Origin: Trichoplax adhaerens
Lineage: Eukaryota > Animalia > Placozoa
Assembly (NCBI RefSeq): GCF_000150275.1
Contig: NW_002060945.1
Location: 5,257,397 to 5,321,396 of the forward strand
Direction: 5' to 3'
Length of the DNA stretch: 64,000 bases
Shown here: in pieces, positions 18,281 through 31,667 of the stretch
Layout: each line of letters begins with the position of its first letter
Position numbering within the stretch: position 1 is the first letter of the stretch
Position numbers and translations under genes: made by a program
Notes under the pieces: generated by a model
What the model saw: only the letters and a program-made list of their open reading frames with translations
The model's database searches: none
Told to the model about the DNA's origin: nothing

Positions 18281-20564
18281 ATGCCAAGTCCACAGAAGAT
18301 TACTACTGAAGATCTAGTACGAGCAGAAAATGGTAGTTACCTCTTTAATAATCGATCCTACTCAACAGCATCAGAGACATTAAATGCTTATATCGAAAAA
18401 TATACTGGATATACTATCAGTGATGCTTCTGCAGATTACCATCGCTTAACATCGGTTTTATTAGCATCGACGCCAGTAAGGCAAAAACCAACCGTCGAAA
18501 AAAAATATAAAAACACAGAAATAAATCCCAAAATACCAAGAGATCATAATTCTATCAATGGATCAGCAATAGTTCAGGCGAAACTGAAATTTCAACAGCT
18601 TTCTCAAGTTAATCAAGATACAGAATTTCTACCCACCAATGGTAAGTTTGATTAATTAGATTAAGCAGCGTAGTTAAAAAAAGGCCTTCAATGATAATAT
18701 GCAGGGTTGAAAGAATACATATAATTCCAGTGTCTTTAACAATATCATCTTAGAATCTTTAGCTTAAGAAATTCCATCTTAAGATAAATTGTGCTTATTG
18801 CTTAATACTTTCTAGTTATCTTACTTCTTGTTTAATTGTTACAATATTATAGTGAGAAGAGGGTTAAATTACCAGCAGAATCTGAAAGCAGATGCAATCG
18901 TAGATAATTTGCTTTATCGTAACGATTTCAATTCGGAGGGTGTCAATCAATCTTCAAATTTAACCATTAATCAATCTAAGCCTCATTTGAAGAATCAACC
19001 TGTCGGTACTCATTTTAATAAAGTTAAGTTTGAAGCACCTATGAATGATTATTACCGTAATAAATCAAACAAAAAGAACTGGACAGAAAAAGACTGGATA
19101 AAGTATTGGTCATCTCAAGCTCAATCAAATCATATGGATGTTAATCAAAGTATGCCATCATTGTCGTCATTACCATCCCCTGAAAATACAGATGTAGATA
19201 ATGATGATATTACTAGCAATGCAACATCCGACGTTGATGTTGGCCAACTGATTGATATGTATCGTGATAGCTTAAGAAAGAATAAAATAAAGAATGATGA
19301 AAATAAAAGATTTATAAGACAAATGAGATTTCGCTATGGATCACCAGAGCTTAAATCAAATCCTTCTCGTCTAGTATACGAGAGTAATTCGCGTGCAATG
19401 CGAAATAATCAGTTTCAAAACCAGCCACCACAATACATAGACATCAGTAAATCGTTGTCCAACAACCAAGATGAAAAGATCCCTAAACTAAACGACCAAT
19501 ACCATAACGGCAAGGAGAATGTTAAAATCATGGAAAAAGAACGTTATCATGATCTGGAATCGGTGAAAACTGATGAATTGCTATTATACTCTCCAAATGG
19601 AATTCCAAGTGAAAGAGAAAAGGCAAATATGCGAGCCAAATATAATTATCATCATCTATATGATAAAATAGCAAAGCTAAAGAAAATTGCTGAACCTACA
19701 ATAAATGATGATATTGAAAGCACTGTTACAGATCAACTGCTGCGCAAATCCCCGATGCCTTACATCTCAGTTAGCCCAACACCCTCCGATTTTACCTTAG
19801 AAGGTCATGATCGTACAGCAATATCGAATCATTCAAATCAGCATTATCGCACCGTTAGGCCTCGAAGTCCTATTCGATCTCCTAGACATATTACTGATAC
19901 TCAAGCAAAAGGGTACTATAACGAAAAGCGAACGCCGCGAATTAAAAATAACAATGATAAGAAATCGAATGGTACGGGTCATTTCGATCAATCTCTCGAA
20001 TTCAAGAAGGTATTTTAAGTAGAATTTAGTTAATTAGCTATTTAATCTATTTTCTCGCTACTTTCTAGCATACTGTATTTATTTATACCTAACATAATTA
20101 TCGATCATACGTTCTTAGCACAAACAAGATTTAACGAATGAGCCAAGACCTATCGAAACACTTAAACAAATGATTTTCAATGTTCAAGCTGCTGCGAGTG
20201 AAAGTGACGATGTTTCAGACTGTGGAGCATTAATATTTAGCAAAGGCGATGTACACGAAGTAAGTTGTCATTTCTATATTTTCCAAAGGTTAATAATATA
20301 ACATAATTAATTGCTGTTGATTTGGCTTATTTCATATGAAAGGCACATAATGATCGTGGTAAAATGGCGATAAATGATCCTTTACAAAGGTATGGTGACT
20401 TTATAAAGTATAAGTTAGTAATTTTTAGATTTTCTCAACAATTCCCAGTCACTAGTATCTAGCTGTTTATTAGTGAATGAACTCTATACTTTGTTGAATT
20501 ATATAGAGCAATTCATCATTTGGCTCGTTTGAAGGCATTTGTACATAATGAAAATAGCAATTGA
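18281..20564 (+). CDS. LAS2/C18orf54-like protein (mostly low-complexity, with conserved terminal motifs), ~5 coding exons
   Basis: Uses ORFs 18281-18655 and 18828-20018 plus small 3' exons. N-terminal YLFNNRSYSTASETLNAYIEKY and C-terminal RPIETLKQMIFNVQA and LQRAIHHLARLKAFV resemble the LAS2 motifs I recall (Y.SASQALQAYI; PVEALKQMLFNLQA; LQRALHHLSRLRDLV). Stop TGA at 20562-20564. Confidence 0.72.
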
Positions 20565-21177
20565 ATTGATTTCAAGCAAATACGTGAAAGGCAGGATAAA
20601 GACGTCTCTGTAGCAATAATCCATTGTACTCTATATTTATCATAACGCAATATATTCCATAACTTAAAGTCTATCCTTATTACTTATCATTCTCACAATA
20701 AGTAATCGAAGTCGAGAAAAAAATATTCTATCTAGTATTAGAAATTTCAGAAAGTAAAAGCACTAAACACTTATAGAATATTAATAACCTTTACCAGGTA
20801 ACATGAATATCAGGCGTAACTTCACCAATATATAAATAGTAACATATTACATTTTACACTATGATAACATAATCATAGCAATCGATGCGAATAATATTTA
20901 CAACGAAAATCAATATTATCTGTTTATATGATATTCGACACATACTCTAATTTAAGCTATAAATACTTGGTCTATAGCCTGTTAACGCTTAAGATTAAAG
21001 TGCAGTACTATATGCTATTTAATTCATTGTTTATACAAAAAAATCATTTAATAATATATTAACAGCCAATAATTATTTACAGTCAATTTTTTCGCACCAT
21101 TTTATAACTAGCGCTCAAGTCAATATTCCTGATATTGATATGTGCACTAAAAAATATTTAGAGAACAATATGGTTCC

Positions 21178-24100
21178 TCATAATGGTACTGATTTACAGC
21201 TATCAGATTTTACTTCCTTTCCTATCTCGCCAAGTATACGCTTCGACATTAATGTTTCCGAAAATCTTGATTTTAGACTACGGACGACATTTCCTCTTTT
21301 TACTAATGTACAAAATGTATGATATGAAAGCATTTGTAAGCATTTTATAAATAAACACAATTCTAAACTTTGACTTCTGGATATTATACAAATACTGTAT
21401 ATCGACCAAAATTACCTTTAGAAATTGGAGATTCCCTAATACATACGTCCGAAATATTATGAAATTTTCTCCTAATTGTAAAATAGATGATTTGAAATAA
21501 TCAAAAATTTCTATACTATCGGAAACTTAAGAATCAAACATTTAAAACATCGATGCAACGATAAAAGGGTTCACTCGTGACTCTATCAGGATTAGTGGTA
21601 CCTAGCTCTTTCTTGCTTACGCCATATTGGATTAGCGACTTGCTTCTTGAGAGGAGTATCTGCAACTGACTTACTTTCTGTAGATACATTGCATAAACGA
21701 TCAATATGACAGTAGGACACTTCAATTAAATATTGGCGTTAAAGTTCAACTTAATGACTAGATACCTTTATTGTGGTCACTAGCGTCATGAAAGAGATTA
21801 CGTTTAACGTTATGATGACGATCTTTTCCGTAATTCGATGAAATACTAACTTCACTCTACATTAGGCAACGATACGAATCCTCGTGTTATAATAAATACA
21901 ACTAAACTTATCCGAACATTAACAATGATCTCGATGTAAATGCTTTATATTTTCATTTACTTGAACTCTTGGCATTTTCTTTTTTGCTGGTACTGCAATT
22001 TTGAGCACTTTTCCAAGATTCTGGAAGCTTCGATGACGTGTCAGCGCACGCGGTTTGTAACTGGAATATTTAAAAATTCGGATTTTAAATATGTTAAGCT
22101 CATAGCCTAAATAGTCAAAAATTTAAACTTATGACTAGTTACTTTTCATCAACGTCTTTTTTCTGAGGAGAAGTAGGCATGCTAAGGGGAACCGGATCGG
22201 CTAGCGATTCTATGTCACTCTCAGTCTTAGAGGGTGATGACAATTCTTGCGGAGGTTCAAGCATTAGTTGTGTGTACAGTTCCTTCAATGCATGACCAAG
22301 ATATTTTAAGTAACATTCCAAAACCACCTCGTCAAGAAATTTATTAGCAAATCCAGGATCAGCTAAAAACGATAGCCGTTGGAGTAACATGGTAATCTGA
22401 AAGGGTGATCATGCGGTATCAGACGGTTACCAGTTTGTATCATGAAAGGACATTACAAGCGATTTTTTCGATATTCTTACCTCTTGCAAGAGATTATTAT
22501 CAATTGATTCATTATGTAATAAACATACTATTTCGAGGCGCATAACAATTTGAAAGATAAATCTACGTATAAGAAAACAATTCATTTTCTAAATAATTAG
22601 ATGTAGGATTTTTGAGTATTAAATAAATAAAATTCTAATACGACTGATTCGACCGAAAGTATAACCCTTTCTATCTAATGTTGGGCTTTGCATATTATGT
22701 ATATATACATTAATTATAAAAGAGCGTTTCGCAAACAGATAGAGGCAGTAAGTTTTAAGGAGTTGGCAGAGAGCTACTTACTGGCGCATTTTTTGATCTG
22801 TAGTTAATTTATCACTTGTTGCTCCGTAATTCTCTCTTATATCGGCTACAGACTTTACAACCTTATTATTGAGAAATTCCACTACTGAATTGACCTATAA
22901 AGCACATCAATATACTATAGTCAAAACATAAAGATCACTGAGATTCAGTAAAGAAATGTCACTATGATTAATATCGATTGTCAACTAGCGAAAACTTACC
23001 AAATCTATGCTTTGCTTCGAATTTTGAATAGACAGTACAACAGTTCTAACTATATCTTTTGCAATTACGATAGGCTCTGTGGATAACTAAACGAAATAAT
23101 GCAAAGTGTCAAACTGACTCTAACTCAGAATAATGGTAGCTTACAAGTGATAGAATATCGCCATAATACCTCTTCAGTAACGCATGTACATCGTAGGTAA
23201 ACATATTCTGCCAACGCATCTAATGTTGCATAACCTAATTTGGAAACGAAATTAAAAATGCATACGGCGTCGAGATCAGTTTTTAATTGCAATCTATCAG
23301 CATACAGTAGCAAAGGCAATAACCTTTATAATTAATTTCAGAGTTAGCTTGATGACTTAAATATTCATTAAGTAAATTTTTGTTGTCTTCTTCCTCGAAG
23401 CTTTGTGATATATTTTTTGTCCTCGATTGTTTTGTAACTTGAGTCTTTACGTTATCCTTGACTTTGTCAATCTTGGTAATATTTCTTTCTTTAGAGAACA
23501 TAAATTTTCGTGTCTCAGCGACTGAGCCAGTGGAATTTGCGCGAATTTGACGATTTTTTAAAGATCTATTTTTAATCTGGTTTAATGAACTTTGTTTCTG
23601 TCTTTTTTCAGATCGATTTCTATGGCTGTTTACTTCAAGAGAATGTAGATGATTTGCGCTAGAAATGAATGATACTATTAATACAGTACATCGGTAAGAA
23701 TAAATAATAAATGTAAGAATGTTATCTTAACAATTGGCCTATTACATACGTAGTGCTTCTATTGGTGGATCTAGCTTGGGTTGTTAAGGAAGGTAATTCT
23801 TTCCTTTGACCTTTACTGACTACTATATTGCTTTGCTGTAATGTAGGTAAACTTTGATCGTATTTCATTAATTGTGTCGTTAACAGGAATGGCTGCCTTA
23901 AATAATCTACAAAATTAGATAATGTGAGTTAAGATGTATTATCAATGAAGTGATTTACGATTTTCTGAAAATAATGAGCTATTATGAAAAATTGATTACC
24001 ATTCGAGTTTGCATCATCAAATATTGAGTTGATAAATTGGCTAGAGAGATTCATAGAAATTTCTTGATCGTTCACAGAGAGGGTTGGTTTATTGGATGAT

Positions 24101-26230
24101 AAGAAAATATCCAGCAAGCTCGAAGTAGCTTTATCGAATGTTAAAATATGGCATAATCGGTGACACAGTGGATTTTGATGTCTCCATATCAGTAGTTTTT
24201 CCACAGTTGTTATCCCTTCGACCTTCAATATTTTTAAAATCGCGCAAGAATCGGTTAATGATTCCATCAGACAAATCAATGGATCTGAATCTTGTTGTTG
24301 AGATGAAAATTCGATAACCTATGCAAGATTATTTAAATAAAATAGGTATATGACGTATATAAATACGTTGATTAAAAATAAAGCGATTATAAAACTAGAA
24401 ATAATCCGTCATCCAATTTTGATTTAGACAATAAACATACCAAAGACTGATTAGTTCTTTTTAAGAAAATCATCATATTTGTAAAAGTACTTCGAAGAGA
24501 TGGAGCATTTTTTAGATCGGGTTGACTTGAAGGGCTAACAGTAAATACACGTTCAGAGTAATGCCAAGGAAGTGGAATGACGCTACTACTGACAATTCCT
24601 TTAATAATTCCCACTCCAGCAGGTCTTGTTAGATTTTTCATTCTAATCGATAGTGGAGTACTTTAATAGAAACATAAAATTAAATTAGTACATTCTATGA
24701 GTATATCTTAATACTGTACATTTACTAAATAACCTTGTAAATGTGGACGGTATAGATGATAAATCGAATTGGCCATGAAAGTGATGAACGTTCCTGCCTA
24801 TGAAAGTAACAAGCATTTTCACCTTAATATTTAGTTCCGTTATGGTTTATTTGTATTAACAGCTATATGTAATACGTTATTCCATTTACAGTGTAACATC
24901 TACCATAACATTCTTACCGTTTCCGTAATATAAACTGATATTTTGTAGGTTGTCATTTGTATCTACATCGAGACCCTGTGTCTTTGCTGTGCTTGGAATT
25001 AAGACCTGATAACACTGATTCAGCTTTTTAGTAGGTATCATCAATAGGTGAGCATTAAGGGTGGAAATAGGTTGATTAAAATGATGATTTAAATTGTTCA
25101 GAGGATTTTTACTATTGATCGTATTTTCAACTTTTCTTAATTTAGTTCTAATTTGATAACTGCTTTGTACAAGATTTTGCGAGCTATCTCCGCTATTGAT
25201 TAGTAGCGAAGAGCCAATGCAACCACTATCAGTCAGCACAGATATTGGTATAAGAAAACCTCTTAATTTGCTCAACATACAATTGAATTGTTCTATAATA
25301 TCAGTTTGGGGAAGATAACTAGTCTTGTCTATTTCCTATAATAAAGCGGGATGAAAATGATAAGATTGTCTGCGTTACCTATAATACATATAAGCTCTTT
25401 TCTAGGTGCATATTTGTAATTTAATAACTAATAATATAATTAGATCATTTGTAATGATGATAGTAGGAATATAATTTATGCAAGCCAACATTATTCTACA
25501 TTTCTAAACAAGCATTACAATGATTAAGTAGAGTATGTAAACTGATTATAGAGTCTAGACTTACAGAAGTTGTTTCATTTAGTCGGCCGTGGTTAACATC
25601 AATCCAGCCTAAGCCAATGCCTAACGTTCGCGTTAATTTTTGATGTAAAATATCTGTTAATAGATTTTCTTCTAGCAATTCTGCAGTTAAAGAATTGTAC
25701 TCTTTGCCAAAGAATTCCTTTAATGACGAGCTAGATAAGGGGCAAGGTCGAATAATTAAGATTAAATTGGTTAAAGGAGAAATTTTTTCTTTACGATTCC
25801 TTCTATCATGACGATAATTTAATTGAGTTGGTGACAATAAGTCAGGTTGATTCCATGGAAAGTAGATCGTAACTTCAGTAAGAGCCTGGTTTAAATACTT
25901 TGCTTGGCTTTTATTATTTAGAGATTGCTGATGGTGATTGGTAGTTTCCGATTGTGAGGATAATATTTTCCATGTTATTTCCTGGAATTTCTCCCAATTT
26001 TTGAGGCTCATATCAACAAGTTGCCTTTTTTCATAGCCAACATTGGATTCATCACAAGAGTAAAATTTATAGCCCCAAGATAACTCTTGGCCATTTTGGA
26101 TACATACATGATTAAGATAGCTTAAAATTCGAAGAAGGCCTAAATCAAGATGAACTAAATTAATTCCTTTCTCAACCTTGCATGCTGTTGCATCAATGAG
26201 GAGGATAACTTTGAATGATCCTTCTGCCAT
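21178..26230 (-). CDS. TICRR: Treslin/TICRR (Sld3 orthologue) replication-initiation factor, ~17 exons, ~1,100 aa by rough exon tally
   Basis: N-terminus KVILLIDA...LRILSYL...WGYKFY...FPWNQPDLLSPT matches the Treslin N-terminal domain. FQIVMRLEI...LLQRLSFLADPGFANKFLDEVV...LKELY matches the Sld3-Treslin core. Paired CDK sites KSVADTPLKKQ and IRESP lie near the C-terminus. Likely ATG at 26230 (the ORF track starts upstream at a GTG). Confidence 0.86.
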
Positions 26231-26515
26231 ACTGCACCGCACCAACGTTGTTTCCACTGAATGCGCTTGACAAACGAGGGTATTTAATGCATTGACAGTC
26301 TGGCATGGAGTCCAACTAGCACTACTTCTATCGATAATATAGTAATCACGAGCAAAAGGGAATTGAATGATTCTAATCTTGTCCTATAGCATAATCAATT
26401 ATTGCAGGGATAGATTATTGAATACGAGGATATGATTCTGTTTCCAGCTTGCCATTTTTCCAAGTTTACAACTGCAGGAGCAAGGGGTTCCCTGCGAGCA
26501 TCATCTTCCTGCCCA

Positions 26516-26690
26516 CAGTACAATGTACTGTATAATGTAAGTCTTTGTACTGTACTGTACTGTACTGTACTGTACTGTATACTGTACCTTGCATATCATA
26601 CTGTACGGTCTACAGTACTATACACTGTAATTTACAGTCATTTCCTGCATACCGTACAGTACACTGCACAGCACTGTACACTGTACACCA
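26516..26690. repeat. ACTGT/ACAGT pentamer array upstream of TICRR
   Basis: (TGTAC)6 run starting at ~26546, followed by degenerate tactgta/tacagta/cactgta units. Confidence 0.9.
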
Positions 26691-27580
26691 CCTATCATCT
26701 CATTTTGTCACTTTTGGGCAACATTTTTCTTTAAAATTCAGGATAGCCATCATAGAATGTTAGAAGTCAAAATGGAACTCAAATGCTATGGAATGTAACA
26801 ACTTTTAATTAGTATTTGCTTATTAATATCACTGGTTGATTCTTTTCAAAGTGATAAAATACTTTGACACATAATGTGTATTTAGACTATAGAGACATAA
26901 GAAAAAGTCTGAAAAACCTTTTCTATGACTTGGACGTTCACTCGCACTGCTGAAATGTTTTGCTGCTTTTACAGCCATGCAAACCCAGAAATTAGGATAT
27001 CTAATTCTTAAATTTGACCAACTTGGCTAACAGTAAATGATAATTTGTCAACGTTGTGGCCCACCATGCACTGTACACTATGCAAAGCTATTCACTGCTA
27101 TGCGATCTACAGTGTACTGTATACTTGCAACAAATCGAATATGCGCAAAAAGCATCTTATTTCCAATCGACTGATACCAAATTTGTTCGATTATGTGAAA
27201 AATTGCAGTTGTCGTAAAATTTCAAGCGTTGTATGGTAGTGATATAGATGCAACATGCTGTTATGCATTGCAAAGTGGAAAAGTGTATAGCACTAAAATA
27301 GTATTCTAAAAGGTAGAAAAAAAATGACTGATCATCATTGGTATCGGGTTGTAAGAGCCTTTCTACTGTAACAATGTTGCCGTCAATGAAAAAAATTCCT
27401 TAAAATAACGAAGCGGAAATATAAGCAATCACAATCACTTTTTAGTTTCTAACCAAGATAGACGGAACGTAGGTAGGCGTAGCCTTTCTCCGAAAAAGAT
27501 CAGACGACATACAAGATCATTTAAGCGCTAAGGGATGCTGCGGTTTTCCAGCTGTAAAGAACTTGAGATTTGATATGAAC

Positions 27581-27629
27581 ATAGTCTAGACCATAGTGGT
27601 TAAAAAAAAACCTCTATGGAGTAGACTAT
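27581..27629. repeat. Imperfect inverted repeat (21-bp arms, 18/21 paired, A7 loop)
   Basis: atagtctagaccatagtggtt / aacctctatggagtagactat. Confidence 0.75.
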
Positions 27630-30600
27630 AGACCCTCAGAAAGTCTAGTGTAGACAGTTGCATGACGATGATCATAAAGTATATTGGACGTACAGTATCT
27701 TACAGACTTGTGCATATGGATCATTTTCATATACAATCGATATTTCTCAATTATGCTAAAATACCATATGAAAGTCCTTCAATAAAATGGCAGTATAAAC
27801 AGCAAATGAATTTCGTATTTATCTAATCTACTCTACTACTGCAATTCATAGGTCAGTAACACTGACAATAATTCAGTCTATTTTACTGGCATAGATGCCT
27901 TGTAACTCATAGCAATGTTAAAAATTTTATGTCATCTTTTTTTCTGAGTTCTTTTTCACTCATACAAATGGATTGTACCATGGTATTATTAGAGTATGGC
28001 AAATTTCATATCTTCTGCATTATTAACAGTAATATGTAATGACTCACTAGTAATGCACCTGCTTTGATTGAAACTTTATTCATGCATCAGTAGGCCGGTG
28101 ACAGAAACTTAATGCCATCAAATATTATTTCATATACGGTATACGTGTATTTAACTACGACGTCTTATCAAAATTTTTATGCAAAATTGTACGCATTATT
28201 ACAGGAGAATTACAATCCTAGAAGAAATTACTTATCAGCTATTAGCACTACTATATTATATTATGTAAAGCTAATAGTTTTGATTGGGTCTGAGTGATAA
28301 GAACAGTTATTAACATCCCTAGAAAGACGAACAAACTGATTAGGGAAGGGAATTTTTTTGTTATTTTATTTGTATATTAGGGGTCACTGTCGCGTCAGCA
28401 TTTTGATAGATCGACCAGCATTAAAGTATTGCCAATACAGTAGGTTACTAGCGGTTAGTTAACAAACCTTAACTATGCAACATAACGCGTTTTATAACAA
28501 AAAAACTCATTAATTGACGACGTCAAAGCGGCATAACGTATGCAGATTACAATTGATAGATAAAAATTTAAGATAAGTCAATCAACTTCGTGCTATGGCA
28601 AAATAACAGCTGTGTCATTTAGCAATAGTAGTCTCAATGTTGTTTATTCCTTTAACGAATGATGAATCGGTAATGAGGGAAATATTGGAGCATATAATAA
28701 TTGCAAATTTACAGTGATACTTAACAGGGAAAGAGATTATTAGATTTAAATAGTAGCGTAATTCAATTAAGCCTTAATTCAAATTAGAAATACCCTGTTT
28801 ACAATTGATAAGCACTAATTAATCATAATTTATTCATAAATTTCCAATTTTTGACTTTAGACAAGTTGTTAAAGTTTCTAGTTATTATCCATATATTAAA
28901 TGATATTAGCTATTTTTGAAATGAATCGGCAAACAAAATTTGAATCTAAATTGAATTGTTCTGTTACTAGATATAAATTGTATAGTACCGAAATCTACTG
29001 GATAATACACTAAAGCAAATTGCGGACAATGAGTCAGCCAAAATGCTAATTTAGAGCTAGTAGATTTATTTTATCGATAGTAGGTAATCAAGATGCTACC
29101 AACTCTTCATCTCTTAAGTATATATGTCTTATTCTTAAATTTATACGGTACCAAATACTTTAAAATTTCCAATAGATGCAGGTAAGTAAGTTTATCACGG
29201 TACGGAATTAATTTGCCTTATTAAGCCGTGATTAACGTAAAATTTTATTAGGACTTAAAAGATATCAGTAATAGCTGACTAATTGACATCAATATATGTA
29301 CGCGTATATTCCATGCATACAGTATCCGACTGCTACTGCGTGTATGGTAATCGATCATGTGTAGATCTTTCACTGTCGAATGTCATATTGGAATACTTTT
29401 AATGGCCATCTACTGTTCACCAATTCATTTTATCTCAGTTCAGGCATCGTATTAAATCGCAATATCAAGAATGTAATAGTACAAATACATTTAGCGTAAT
29501 AGAAAAGATGCTTAAAAATGGAAAAATTATACTATGGTATCATAACTGCAGTGACAATCAGAGATTATTTTTTTACATCTCAACCCTAAGACTCTCTATT
29601 TAACTTCAATATGAGTATCTTCGTCTTTTTTATCATCTATTCTTCAAATCTGGAGATACTCACATGAATCCTTAGTATAACTGTACATGCTCGCATGGTA
29701 AATGCAGAGAAAGTGATTCTAAAGTGAAGTTCTAAATGGTTAAAACAAAATACTGAACCCACACTCACTATTATATTTGATATAATTTATTAATCCATAA
29801 AATAGCTTAAACTGGCTAAGACTAGTGATCGGGTGGATCAGAGGCACTTTTAGAATTAATCCAGGTAAGATTAGATAAAGCCAAGTCGAATGACTTAAAT
29901 AGACGATCTGTTACTGTAAATTTATTACATATTACAATAATTTGATTACAGGTTGTAATCGGTTATCATTACATTCGAGAATAATTAATCGAAAATTTGC
30001 GTGTATTCACTACAAAATATAGACGGAAAAAGCATTATTCATTCAGGAGTGTTGTTGTATATACAATATATGTGCCCACACCTATGCCGAATAATGGTAA
30101 TTTTATTTAACCTACAAAATCAACTAGTCAATCTTCAAAATGACGATGGAAGCAATTCTTCGTAAAGTATGATATTGACATACATCGATAATAGTGATAG
30201 TAATGATAAATAAGCTTGTTGTTGTGCATTTACCAAATTATATTGACCTTTAGCATAGTAGTATACCCTGCTAGATTCGCTCACAATTTATGGACAGCTT
30301 TAATTGCTTTGTTATCCATACTTTGAAATGTGTATATTCGAGACTCAAATTATGTTACTTTTTAAGTGAAATGTGATATTTCATTTCCTAATCTTATTAC
30401 AAGCAGGAAATTTCGATTGCATAAAAATTCAATTATTGAAGTCTATCATAAGTTAATTAAGGCACTAACATCGACAGTGACTAAGGAAAAAATAGTAGTT
30501 CATTGTTCTTGCCATACTAGTACGATGATATCATTTGATAGAAACATATAATATTTTGTATTTACCAAATATATTGCAATGTTTTATGAGCTAATTAGTT

Positions 30601-31667
30601 CAATAGTTTTAATTATCAATAATTATGCTTATGATTACTTGTTTTAATTTAATTACCTATTATTCAAATGTCAGAATAGATATCTTTCGCGTAACTTAGG
30701 TATGGTCCTATAAGAATAACTTAATTAAAGCTAGAAACTAAATTAAATTATACACTTTATTTATACCGTATGCATCATAATTTATCATGATAGCTGTGAT
30801 ATTTTTCTCAATAATTGCTACTTTACTATCATTTCCGCTGTAAAATGCTAATGTCATTAATTTTAATTCGTACGAAACGTGGTATAATAGATCTTAATAT
30901 GAATTCTTGGTTTCTTATATGCAGACTTAACCTTTATTAAAAGCTAATTTATAGGTAGCTTTCTTCTCTAGTGAAATCTGCAATTTAGTAATTAATTGAT
31001 TCTATAAATACCTTGATTCTAGCGATACATAGTTCGTTGAAGAAGTTTTAGGCTATAGAGCAATTTTATTTGTGGCCTGGTTTTGATTTTAAGGTATGGT
31101 TATCTTAGAAAGTTGAACAAATTTTCCATTTTTTTATCGGGACTATCTTGAAGTACATTCTTAACCTATCTCACTCTTTAGTGAAATTTTTTAAATGTAA
31201 AGTACAGAAATTTTTTAGTGGCCTCAATAAAATAATCAATCATTTAGAATTCTGCATTAAGTGAATATTTATTGCAATTGCTTAGTCATTCTGGGCTTTA
31301 ATATTTCGATCATACTAAAGAGTGAATGAAATTAACAAAATTACCAGTTTTTCACTGATTTTCTAGGTAAGAACTTGTTGTTATGTAGTTTGGAAAGTTT
31401 TAGCTATCTGTAATATGCCGTTGATATTGTGTGCTATGTTATATATTAATTGAAGTTAATGCCGAGTTTTGAGGCTATTTAGAACTATTCAGACTGGGAA
31501 GTGCGTTTCAAATTCTATCGCATTGGTGTCATAAGATTTAATGTCCTAGCACTAAAATATAAATTTATTGGTAAATAGAAATGCTAAAAACTTTCCAGCC
31601 AATATGAATCTGATTGAGTGATCTCTTTTATTTCTATGTTTCATAGATATTATATTAGACCCTCAAA

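Noticed and set aside
26432-26763. Cys/Thr/Val/Leu/Tyr-rich ORFs here and at 35412-35639, 47237-47652 and 3435-3746
   Set aside because: They are translations of the stop-poor pentamer arrays (CTVLY repeats) with no protein-like features.
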